NCBI GenBank assembly: GCA_016871515.1
Contig: VHDE01000013.1
Coordinates: 518 to 64,517 of the forward strand
From: Verrucomicrobiota bacterium
GTDB taxonomy: Bacteria; Verrucomicrobiota; Verrucomicrobiia; Limisphaerales; SIBE01
DNA length: 64,000 nt
Direction: 5' to 3'
How positions within the stretch are numbered: position 1 is the stretch's first letter; every line of letters begins with the position of its first letter. This document shows, piece after piece, positions 56,801 to 63,406 of the stretch. The notes under the pieces are model-generated. The model ran no database searches. It was not told the origin of the DNA and worked only from the letters and a program-made list of their open reading frames with translations. The translations under genes were made by a program, and so were the position numbers.

Positions 56801-58174
56801 AGGTTCAACATTCCATGCGAGCACATGAGCGCCTTGGACACGTGTGACTTCGCCGGCGCCGCGCAACAACAAGGCGACGCGGTTCAACTCGCCTTGCATG
56901 ACTTTGAAATCAAGCAACGCCATTTGCCGCATGAGCCCGGGACTGACGCCGATCTGAGAAAGCATTTCGGCCGCGTAGAACAGTTTGCCCTCGGCTTCGC
57001 GCCGAGCTTCTTTCCAGGAAAGTTTCACCGCGCCGTCCGCCGGAAGGTAACCCACGAATTGGCTGCCAGCGCGTTCGGGCCGAGCCGCCCCGGGAAACTC
57101 GAACTGAGTATCGGCGATCAATCCTTCGAGAGCGATCGGTTGCAATGCACTCGGTGCAACGCGGAAATCGACTGAGTTCCAACCATTGGTTTGGCTAACT
57201 GCGGCCTTGAACTTGAGCTGAATGGGAAATTCGCCCGACCGATCGAACGCAATGATGAAGCGGCCTTGCTCGAACCGGAGACGCCAATGTGGATGCGTTT
57301 TCAGATCGGTCAAAGCAATGTTCCCTTGCAACAGCGCTATCGAACCGCCGCGCGGATTTTTGATGCGCGCGTTGGCGGTCAAGACAAAGCTTACCGTTTG
57401 GTCGCTGAGTTGCCCGCTCAGCTTAAAGTCGCGCAACACAACTCGGCGCGCTTCGGGGTCCGCGATCGTAATGCGGAGCGGGATATGGTAGGGCGAGCCG
57501 TGGAAACGGAAGGCGAGCGGATCTGGACTATCCGGCTTGGCCTCGATGCGCAATGATGATGGCAAGAATTTGGGATCGATGGGCGCCAGGCCGGTGGGGC
57601 TGTCGGGCTGGACATCGAGGTCCGGCGTCACTTCAATCGTCACGTAACCGTTGAATAACGCTGGACTGGATGGAGTGAGGGTTAAGGCGGTTAATGGATT
57701 CGTCCATGTGCGGAGATCGCGTTCGGCCGAAATCGTGACCGAAAGTTGCGTGATTGGTTTGTCGCTTTTGCGAGGGCGAAGGATCAGCGTGCGCACGCCG
57801 TTGGTTTCTTGGCGGATGCTCCAATCTTGCAGCAACTCGCCGGTGACCTGGCGTATTTCACCTTCCCCGCTGATCGTGAGTGGGAGTTCTTTGGGCTCGC
57901 CTTGAAGAATGTCGAAGGTGGCTGCGATGGAATGGGCGATTTTTTCGCGCGAGACTTTGATCGAGTGCTGGAGAGCGGTGGCGTAAATAAGCTTGTCTTT
58001 CTCGCCGGACAAACCGCTGAGCACCGCTTCGATGATCAGCCGCGCCCTCCCGTCTTCGACGCCGCCGTTGATGGAAAGGTTTCTTAATTCTGCGGTCGCG
58101 CCCGAAACGTTGTTCGCGGTCAGGATCGATAACGCAAGGAGGATGGATATGGGGATGCGTACGGGAATGTTCAT
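50870..58174 (-). CDS. giant hypothetical membrane protein (2434 aa): two paralogous beta-rich halves, each ending in TM segment(s), joined across a REPIN
   Basis: Uninterrupted ORF with the N-terminal signal peptide MNIPVRIPISILLALSILTANNVSG. The first half ends in ~5-6 TM helices. The second half ends in a TPR-like segment plus one TM helix (LSILIGVFVVLAAFGAA). The halves share blocks such as VTLPAGTQLWSATVNGAPVVPVLDGQANMIPLP and LTLPADARFWFAFVNQSGVWPWREGDRILVPLEP. It may really be two genes. Confidence 0.6.
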   Translation of the reverse strand: MNIPVRIPISILLALSILTANNVSGATAELRNLSINGGVEDGRARLIIEAVLSGLSGEKDKLIYATALQHSIKVSREKIAHSIAATFDILQGEPKELPLTISGEGEIRQVTGELLQDWSIRQETNGVRTLILRPRKSDKPITQLSVTISAERDLRTWTNPLTALTLTPSSPALFNGYVTIEVTPDLDVQPDSPTGLAPIDPKFLPSSLRIEAKPDSPDPLAFRFHGSPYHIPLRITIADPEARRVVLRDFKLSGQLSDQTVSFVLTANARIKNPRGGSIALLQGNIALTDLKTHPHWRLRFEQGRFIIAFDRSGEFPIQLKFKAAVSQTNGWNSVDFRVAPSALQPIALEGLIADTQFEFPGAARPERAGSQFVGYLPADGAVKLSWKEARREAEGKLFYAAEMLSQIGVSPGLMRQMALLDFKVMQGELNRVALLLRGAGEVTRVQGAHVLAWNVEPIANSAGRRLVIQFNQPQKDQFALQVQMQTSIGALPQAVDAMQLRPEGATRLAGYVRILNEGAVRLEVVQAAGLSQISPEQFPETDVTRTLFATGGSQRFAYRFSGGEFSLRIQADQILPELSVSEVLAYHHAENELAIDAEFELDIREAPMRELLMRVPKGYAIARLNASGLSDYFLREPEGDPDAELRLVYGQPVSGRQIVQLRVERHQALGQTNWVLPRIEISRAKSVRGHLGVSADAGFRITPDRTQALTEIATAFFPRKVAGIQLAFRLSEPAWQATLRVERLPQTVQADAFHLFSIGEGIAYGSSVMHYLVSGAPISTLRIELSNEYFNVEFIGKDIRNWQRATNGYVVQLHSPVSGAYTLLATYERPFRAQGETLAFTGARPLDAQSEQGHTLVISAYQFQVNPVDVSPGLLPLETGEVPPEYRLFFDAPVLAAYRYTSRPFNLRLALNPLVQGDSLSQVVDRASLLTRISKEGQVLTDAHYFVKNRGNSHFRVTLPAGTQLWSATVNGAPVVPVLDGQANMIPLPQRADPNAVLAVDVKLASRSTTPKRVAIATPIVAAPVMLAEWKLAPDAGQRLIYRRGSLTPVDGVADISGFAQLNKAFSGLDAAQALVSLIAALLLVGIALVVWRWTVREGVYRYSARHLFGTVLGLIAVAMAIAALISLGDLAAQQNVAVSREVTFLAPVQQAGTGLNVEVANIKAEATVFSFLGYAWPALLALVVWVYGWITNRMWFTAVGWLFGWTLVAWAGLRAPGGAPSFIVIILLFLLLHTLIPALRRLWQLPRKPKSAALTPPDSGPAPAVASLLIGTLLSLWSESAPPVIAHSSAPRNAEFHSAVSPTFSRQNARSRGNVSALGLAADYKSAIQQSGTLRYDGTLLVAQAQTANPQANPVPAALYTPTPFPRAPALAESVAQEIRVEERFALGTAKIHWTAEKNQTLPLLFEPAVLTSVVYPTNALRLIQAPANGRRAHQLLALETGAFDVELRYQIHVTAKLSESGFVLPTQHGLINPLRLTLANLDVDVFSAQAASIERTTSNSNTMANLVLAPVNDAWINWRPRSRDVKRERAVFYAEISQLYVPTAGVIEGAHHAVIRPAQGELTELVFNVPTGATITDVSAIDPTPGTDAATNQPLPPKSIASLWRFDPDTRRLRVNLNPAQSRPFTLLIRSQVPTGPLPFEQSIGLLSIEQAAGQIGLLGIATGREVQLDSVNAGNLSPINLEDYPVSAPQMLQAQIPELTVRRAFRYTETGATVSVRASPVEPDVRVETQDTVSLGEDRTVLASNLSVDITRAGIFRLSFVLPGALDVESISGQALSHWTELRADAGRIITLHLRGKTAGPQQFAISLSGAGVKTTNNWAVPQLVLREASKQRGTLLIVPDQGMRLQPGTRNGVTQLDPQKTGIQQKGVLAFRILQVPWNLALDIEQVDPWIQVTSLQHATVSEALVNVGANLQYQIENTGLKAFRVFLPTNAGSVRFQGDQVSGFLPIAGGVTNNLQAWEIKLHRRVIGRYLLQVTYQTAVADTATETVLRGVQTADVNLQRGFVTVQARGRQQVRIDALPASLQTTEWQSIPRALQQDLSAVSANFAFRLVEPSFQLPLKLDRHEAAKLLPARVNNVTLTSVISDDGVMLTQARLEMLPGDKRLLYLTLPADARFWFAFVNQSGVWPWREGDRILVPLEPQARSGKAIPVEIFYSSKIGSSRRRSLDLDLLAPKFDLPLEDITWRVYLSEKWRVKDWAGTLQLQQDQMAPRSAAVDLQTYLQNEAALQRGKTKEAEELLAMGNTLLERGDPQQARRAFQAAYGLSQHDNAFNEDARVQLHNLKLQQALVGLNVRQAAVAGDTTALGARVRDLRSREGVTYTQQDAKEIIDRNTADENAAFMRLAERLIQQQDAAVSSPVAMRASIPEQGRLLTFKRAVLVDPWADLRIELEAVAARTASWRLRLSILIGVFVVLAAFGAASRAFRKAS
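54160..54295. repeat. 136-bp REPIN, 'gcagaGtttcaCtctgc' variant, inside the giant ORF
   Basis: Terminal arms are cgtaacgcagagttccactctgctgtatcg and cgatacagcagagtgaaactctgcgttacg, with internal hairpins gcagacttgtagtctgc and ccgactgaaagtcgg. It is translated in the ORF frame as RNAEFHSAVSPTFSRQNARSRGNVSALGLAADYKSAIQQSGTLRY. Confidence 0.85.
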
Positions 58175-58190
58175 GAGCAGTGTTCTGGAA

Positions 58191-58219
58191 ATCGCGATAA
58201 CCGAAAAAACAAGCGCTCC
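58191..58219 (-). promoter_or_regulatory. candidate ECF-type promoter (GGAGCG-N17-CGCGAT) upstream of the giant ORF
   Basis: The minus-strand sequence reads ggagcg cttgttttttcggttat cgcgat, ending 16 nt before the ATG at 58174. It resembles the GGAGCA-N16-CGTCTA box upstream of the ECF sigma gene at 63315. This is pattern match only. Confidence 0.2.
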
Positions 58220-58223
58220 GGAC

Positions 58224-58454
58224 CGTAACGCAGAGTTTCACTCTGCTGTATCGCCGACTTGCAGTCGGCAGAGCACTCGACCTTGCGGAAACTTCTCGAT
58301 TTGGCGGACGCGCTGCAGATTGGAAATCTGCGATACGGCAGAGTAAAACTCCGCGCTACGATCTGGCACTCGAATTTGTGGGAGCTTCTCGATTGTCGGA
58401 CACGCCGCAGAGTGAAACTCTGCGATACAGCAGAGTGAAACTCTGCGTTACGCC
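58224..58454. repeat. 231-bp REP cluster (one 137-bp REPIN plus a partial REPIN with tandem hairpins), left flank of RAYT
   Basis: By eye it is identical base-for-base to 59243-59473. It starts cgtaacgcagagtttcactctgctgtatcg and ends gcagagtgaaactctgcgatacagcagagtgaaactctgcgttacgcc. Confidence 0.9.
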
Positions 58455-58536
58455 GCTGGCCGCGACATTGAGGTTGCAAATAACCGAGTCGACGCGCTAG
58501 CCTCCGCACGTGTTTCCCAAGGAGGAAAATCCGCGG

Positions 58537-59247
58537 ATGGATCGAGTGCGCTTTGAGCTTCGTTCGGACGGGATCAAACCGGAGGAAACAAACCCGTTGC
58601 GTTCCGGTGTTCATACACGAGGCTATCTGCCACACGTCAAGCGCGAAGGCGCGCGTTACTTTGTGACATTTCGCCTCGCCGATTCGTTGCCCAAAGAGGT
58701 CTTGCTCAAGTATCAGGCGGAGCGCGGGGAGCGGTTGCAGCTTTTCTATGCGCAGCACGACGCCGCGAAAGGCCCGGGGACAGCCCTCCCGAAGCAAGAG
58801 ATGCTGGAAGAAATCGAGCGCGAGTACAATCGCAAGGTCGAGCGTTATCTTGATCAAGGCTGCGGGGAATGCTGGCTGAGACGACCCGAAATTGCGGACT
58901 TGGTCACTGAAGCCGTGCGATTCTTTGATGGCAAGCGATATTGGCTGGATGCTTGGGTTATCATGCCAAATCACGTGCATGGTGTCTTGTGGCCGGCGCC
59001 GAACCACTCGTTGAGCCATATCCTGCAAAGCTGGAAAAGCTACACAGCTCGGCAGGCGAACAAAGTTCTCAATCGGACGGGACATCCATTTTGGCAACGA
59101 GAGGCATTCGATCATTGGATTCGCGATGATGAGGAACATGCGCAGTGCTGTCGTTATGTGACAAACAATCCGGTAAAGGCTGGCCTGTGTGCAACGCCGC
59201 GGGACTGGAAATGGAGCAGCGCGTGGGGTGATGGCCAGCCATCGTAA
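58537..59247 (+). CDS. REP-associated tyrosine transposase (RAYT; IS200-like Y1/HUH family)
   Basis: ORF 58510..59247 with ATG at 58537, preceded by aaggagg (58519-58525). HUH motif in WVIMPNHVHGVLWP. Downstream blocks: SWKSYTARQAN, FWQREAFDHWIRD, YVTNNPVKAGL, W.WSS. N-terminal block GYLPHV. The TAA stop lies inside the right REP cluster. Confidence 0.8.
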   Translation: MDRVRFELRSDGIKPEETNPLRSGVHTRGYLPHVKREGARYFVTFRLADSLPKEVLLKYQAERGERLQLFYAQHDAAKGPGTALPKQEMLEEIEREYNRKVERYLDQGCGECWLRRPEIADLVTEAVRFFDGKRYWLDAWVIMPNHVHGVLWPAPNHSLSHILQSWKSYTARQANKVLNRTGHPFWQREAFDHWIRDDEEHAQCCRYVTNNPVKAGLCATPRDWKWSSAWGDGQPS

Positions 59248-59473
59248 CGCAGAGTTTCACTCTGCTGTATCGCCGACTTGCAGTCGGCAGAGCACTCGAC
59301 CTTGCGGAAACTTCTCGATTTGGCGGACGCGCTGCAGATTGGAAATCTGCGATACGGCAGAGTAAAACTCCGCGCTACGATCTGGCACTCGAATTTGTGG
59401 GAGCTTCTCGATTGTCGGACACGCCGCAGAGTGAAACTCTGCGATACAGCAGAGTGAAACTCTGCGTTACGCC
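59243..59473. repeat. 231-bp REP cluster, right flank of RAYT
   Basis: Identical to 58224-58454, at an offset of 1019 bp. Confidence 0.9.
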
Positions 59474-59525
59474 TTTGGGCAGTTTCTATGCGTGGGATGA
59501 ATTGGTTCGGCCTGTTCATCTCGAT

Positions 59526-62500
59526 CTATCTTCCCGCCATGCTCTTCGCTTGCCGGATCATCCATTCGAGCTTTTTAGGACGTGCATCGGCGCCATAGAC
59601 TTCGGGCACACCATTCAGTTGCGCGAGCAAACGGTCGGTCGTCACTTCGCCGGCGTATGGACTTGAAATGAGCCATTCCGAGAACGCACTTGCGGTCGCG
59701 GCTAGGCGCATAGCCGGCCCAGCTTGTTCCAACGCCACAGCATTTCCGCTGTAAGGCACCGGCCATTCATGCTCGCGATATTCGGTTGTATTCGGTTTCT
59801 TGTATCGCACTCGCACGACGGCCAACGGCCCGTCCCCCTGCGGATTCACCTCAACGACGTAAAGCGCGTTGCCCGATTCCGCCGCACCAATCTCGGCCGC
59901 ATCGACGGTGTTATCGCGGAATTGTTCTTTGGTCAGCTGATGTTTGGCATACCCGATTTGGCGGCAGGCCGTCACCCGTTTCGGATTGAATTCAACCTGA
60001 GCTTTAACATCCGACGCTGCCACTCGCAGAGAGCCGGCGAGTTGAGCGACAAAACCAGTTGCGGCCTCAGCCGGTGTGTTAATAAAACCGTAACGCCCAT
60101 CACCATTGCGCGACAGCACCTCCAACAAATCGTCGTTGAAACCTTCCCACCCAATTCCGAAGCAATCGAGCGCGATCCCTTGTTTGCGATGATTTTCAAC
60201 TTTCCGCTTCAGAGTGTCCGGATTAACGTCACCGAGATTCGCCGCGCCGTCGGTGAGCACCACGACGCGGTTGCCGCCGCTCACGTAATGCCGCAACGCC
60301 GTCGCGTAGGCGAGATTCAGCGCATCTTCGAGATTGGTGCCGCCTTGTGGTGCGAGTTGGCTCACCCGTTCCGCGACCTGGGCCGCTTGGTTGCCTGGCG
60401 CACCATCCACCCAGAGCCGGGCTGTGCGCGCAAACGCAATGACACTGAGTTTGTCTTCGGGCTTCAATTGCGTTGCCAACACGCGCAATGCCTCCCGAAG
60501 AATCTGCACGCGATCCGCCCGCTCCATCGAGCCGGAGTTGTCGAGCAGCAACACGAGATTCAACGGCTGGCCGGGTTGACGGCCTTGCGCCGCCGTCTTG
60601 ATCGAGAAACGCAGCAAATCACGATTATGCGCGAACGGATAGCGAGCGCGTTCCCAAGCAAAGGCTACGGGGACATCTGGCGGCGGCTCGGAATCGCCGT
60701 AATCGAACGCATTGATGAATTCTTCGCTGCGCACGGTCGCAGGCTCGGGCATGACTCCCTTTTCCAGACTGGCCAAGGCAAGCTTGAACGACACATCGCT
60801 GACGTGCAGCGAGAAGGTCGAGAATGCGTTTTCGCGCGTCTGGACTTCGGGCTGCGGAACTGGCGCGCCAGCCACGGGTTTGCGCACGGCTGTATCGGCC
60901 TCTTCTCGGTTGGACTCTCCACGCAGGCGATCAAGTTCCGTGTGCGCTTGAGCATCCTTTTTCTCCTGCTCGGCAAGCTGTTCTTTCAAGACACGAGCGC
61001 TATCGTCGGCCGCCTGTTTGCTCCGTTCCGCGCGTAAATCGCGATAAACCTCGGCGATGGTGTTGGCGATCTGGGCAGCCTCTTCTGGTTGATCGCTCTT
61101 CACTCGAATATCGAGTTCGCTCGAATTGGGAACCTGCCGCACATCAACGCGGCCTAATAGCGCTTGAAATGCTTCGGCATTATTCAGCTTCTCGCCCTTG
61201 CCATGCTTCTCGGCCCAAGCTTCATTCAGATTCAATTTCTCAATCACCTTGTAGAGAACTTGCTTGGACTTGACCTTCTCGAATTCAGTCGTGACGAAGT
61301 AGGGATCGAATCCAACTTGAGGCTGAGCGCGCGTCACGAGCGGCGCCATATCAGTCGCATCTTTCCCGACGCTGATGCGCGCGCTTCGTTCGACTTTCCC
61401 GCTCAACGCTCCGCCGATGCGTCCCCACAAGCTTGAATCTCGTGGTGACTCAGCTTGCGCAACATCGACAATCTGGACAGGACCATTGTTAGGCGCGAGC
61501 GGCGGTCGACTTGCTCCTGTAGCTGACCGGGTCGCATGACCTGCGCGCAATTCACCCCATTCACGTTTGGCTTTGGACTGCGGTGTCTCCTGCGCGACTT
61601 GAAGCTCTTCGATCCGTTGTGTCGACTCGGCTGGTCTCGCTCCAGACTTGCTTTCAGTGCCTGGCTTGGCTGCTTTGGCGAGGGTGCGTGCTCCAATATC
61701 CGCTGCCCACGCCTGGTTCCGCGGCTGACCAACCTCTGCCTCTGCCTCTATTGGTGGAAGAACAATGGACGACCGATTCGACTCCCGCAGCGCCTCCTCT
61801 GTCACTTTGGAATCTTTTCCGAGGCTGCTCATGCCCGGGCGCATCAACCCATAACGTTCCACATCCATATCGCGAATCGTCTTGATTCGAACCTCGCCAT
61901 CTGGCGGCGCTGCTGTAGTGGAAAAGTCGGATTTTAAACTGGAGACAACGCCGGCGTTTTTGCTGGGAATTATGCCTAAGCTATCGCCGAGGGCTGCGAG
62001 AGGTTTCCCGATCGATTCGCGCTGCGACTGAACATTGTCGATCACAGCCGCGCCGAAGTCCTTCTTGTTCACACCAAATTCCAAAGCTCCGTTCTCTGCG
62101 GCAGCCACTGCCACGAAGGATGTTTCCTTTGAGCGCTCGAGCCGCCTGGCGAATCCCGGCAGCAACGCGACCGTGCCCAGTAGCGCGACCAATGCGGCGG
62201 CAAGGCTCATCGGGACAAACCAACGGCTCTCTCGATGGACTGAGGCGGCGAATTCCTTCGGGGCAACCGTCTTAAAATGCTGCAGCAGCTTCTCGCGCCG
62301 TTCAGCGGACAATCGCAGGGGCGTCTGTTGCGCAGCCGCTTGTTCCACCGGGTTGGCTGCAACTTCAGCGACCAGCCCAATCGTTTGCTTGAGGCGTTCA
62401 TGAAGTTGCGCCAGTTCGGCATCTTGCGCGATCTCCTCGCGCAAAGCAGCAGCTTCTTCCGGCGATAGCTCCCCGTGCAGCAGAGCAGTTAAGCGCGCTT

Positions 62501-62576
62501 CCATTTGTTCGCGCGGTGTTTCAGAAAAACCGTCGTTCATAAAGAGCCCCTTCGGATTTCGATGTGTGAGAGGCAT
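59526..62576 (-). CDS. anti-sigma factor fused to GumC/Wzz-like and YfbK-type vWA (vWA + DUF3520-like) periplasmic domains
   Basis: 1016 aa, with an alternative start at ATG 62540 (MNDGFSE...). The N-terminus EARLTALLHGELSPEEAAALREEIAQDAELAQLHERL is typical of an anti-sigma domain. TM helix WFVPMSLAAALVALLGTVALL. Chain-length-determinant-like block KSKQVLYKVIEKLNL...VDVRQVPNSSELDIRVKSDQPEEAAQIANTIAEVYRD followed by a coiled coil. Then STFSLHVSDVSF..., the MIDAS motif LVLLLDNSGSM, VVVLTDGAAN and a C-terminal YfbK-like tail. Confidence 0.75.
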   Translation of the reverse strand: MPLTHRNPKGLFMNDGFSETPREQMEARLTALLHGELSPEEAAALREEIAQDAELAQLHERLKQTIGLVAEVAANPVEQAAAQQTPLRLSAERREKLLQHFKTVAPKEFAASVHRESRWFVPMSLAAALVALLGTVALLPGFARRLERSKETSFVAVAAAENGALEFGVNKKDFGAAVIDNVQSQRESIGKPLAALGDSLGIIPSKNAGVVSSLKSDFSTTAAPPDGEVRIKTIRDMDVERYGLMRPGMSSLGKDSKVTEEALRESNRSSIVLPPIEAEAEVGQPRNQAWAADIGARTLAKAAKPGTESKSGARPAESTQRIEELQVAQETPQSKAKREWGELRAGHATRSATGASRPPLAPNNGPVQIVDVAQAESPRDSSLWGRIGGALSGKVERSARISVGKDATDMAPLVTRAQPQVGFDPYFVTTEFEKVKSKQVLYKVIEKLNLNEAWAEKHGKGEKLNNAEAFQALLGRVDVRQVPNSSELDIRVKSDQPEEAAQIANTIAEVYRDLRAERSKQAADDSARVLKEQLAEQEKKDAQAHTELDRLRGESNREEADTAVRKPVAGAPVPQPEVQTRENAFSTFSLHVSDVSFKLALASLEKGVMPEPATVRSEEFINAFDYGDSEPPPDVPVAFAWERARYPFAHNRDLLRFSIKTAAQGRQPGQPLNLVLLLDNSGSMERADRVQILREALRVLATQLKPEDKLSVIAFARTARLWVDGAPGNQAAQVAERVSQLAPQGGTNLEDALNLAYATALRHYVSGGNRVVVLTDGAANLGDVNPDTLKRKVENHRKQGIALDCFGIGWEGFNDDLLEVLSRNGDGRYGFINTPAEAATGFVAQLAGSLRVAASDVKAQVEFNPKRVTACRQIGYAKHQLTKEQFRDNTVDAAEIGAAESGNALYVVEVNPQGDGPLAVVRVRYKKPNTTEYREHEWPVPYSGNAVALEQAGPAMRLAATASAFSEWLISSPYAGEVTTDRLLAQLNGVPEVYGADARPKKLEWMIRQAKSMAGR

Positions 62577-62581
62577 GGCGC

Positions 62582-62717
62582 CGTAACGCAGAGTTTCACT
62601 CTGCCGTATCGCAGAGTTTCACTCCGCGGCGCGCCCGCAATTCCAAAGCCCACCGACAGATCGAACGCTCTGCCGACTGCAAATCGGCGATGCGGCAGAG
62701 TGAAACTCCGCGTTACG
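62582..62717. repeat. 136-bp REPIN, 'gcagaGtttcaCtctgc' variant, between the ECF sigma and anti-sigma genes
   Basis: Terminal arms are cgtaacgcagagtttcactctgccgtatcg and cgatgcggcagagtgaaactccgcgttacg, with 2 arm mismatches. It fills almost all of the 151-bp sigma/anti-sigma spacer. Confidence 0.85.
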
Positions 62718-62727
62718 GGGTTTTCCG

Positions 62728-63315
62728 TCATGGGATAACTCCGGTTTTGGCCAATTCGTCAGCGATGCTTTTCAGCGCATGATGCAGAAGGTAACCGACG
62801 TGACCCACGGTGAGACCGGTCCGGGCGCTGATTTCTTTATAGGACAAACCTTCGTTGAACTTCAGCCGGATCAACTCGCGGCTGCGTTCGTCGAGTGTCT
62901 CCAAACTGAGCCGCACCAGACCGATGCCTTCCCAGCGCGCGATTTGTTCGTCCGGCAGCGGCTGAGGATCGGTGATTTCTGGTTCGGCAGATGCGGGACG
63001 GTCTTCCGACGATGAAGCTGAAGTCTGCGCGAGCGGGATAATCTTGCCGGACTGTCGCCGTTGGTTTAGCGCGAGATTGTGCACCGTGCGATAGAGCCAT
63101 CGCCTTGGCTCGCGCACTTGATCAAACTGTGCATGCAATTTCATGAAAGCGTCTTGAACAACATCTTCAGCGAGACTCAATTCCTGAACAAAGCGCAGGG
63201 CATAACAGAGGAGCGGCGATTCCAGAGCGGCAAAAAGCTCCTCAATCGTTTCCGGTCGTGGTGATGCCACACTAACGTCTTCTCTTCGGCCCACGGCCAT
63301 GCCTGGGTGAGTCAT
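62728..63315 (-). CDS. RNA polymerase ECF-type sigma-70 factor
   Basis: 195 aa. Region 2 is EDVVQDAFMKLHAQ...WLYRTVHNLALNQRR. The region 4 HTH is RSRELIRLKFNEGLSYKEISARTGLTVGHVGYLLHHALKSI. Confidence 0.85.
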   Translation of the reverse strand: MTHPGMAVGRREDVSVASPRPETIEELFAALESPLLCYALRFVQELSLAEDVVQDAFMKLHAQFDQVREPRRWLYRTVHNLALNQRRQSGKIIPLAQTSASSSEDRPASAEPEITDPQPLPDEQIARWEGIGLVRLSLETLDERSRELIRLKFNEGLSYKEISARTGLTVGHVGYLLHHALKSIADELAKTGVIP

Positions 63316-63406
63316 TTCATTCTATTCGCGATTTCCATTTAACTGCCTTAGTCGCAACGCTGGCAGTTGCCGGTCTCACTAGTATGACACGCGAGAGCAG
63401 CAATTC

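Larger units (their letters stand above)
58224..59473 (+). mobile_element. RAYT cassette: REP cluster - Y1/HUH transposase gene - REP cluster
   Basis: Direct 231-bp repeats bracket the IS200-like gene. The unit interrupts an otherwise all-minus-strand gene block. Confidence 0.7.

Noticed and set aside
58224-59473. Possibility that the regularly recurring hairpin repeats represent a CRISPR array.
   Set aside because: There is no series of identical direct repeats with uniform unique spacers. The units are inverted pairs (REPINs), they are dispersed over 50 kb, and no cas genes are present.
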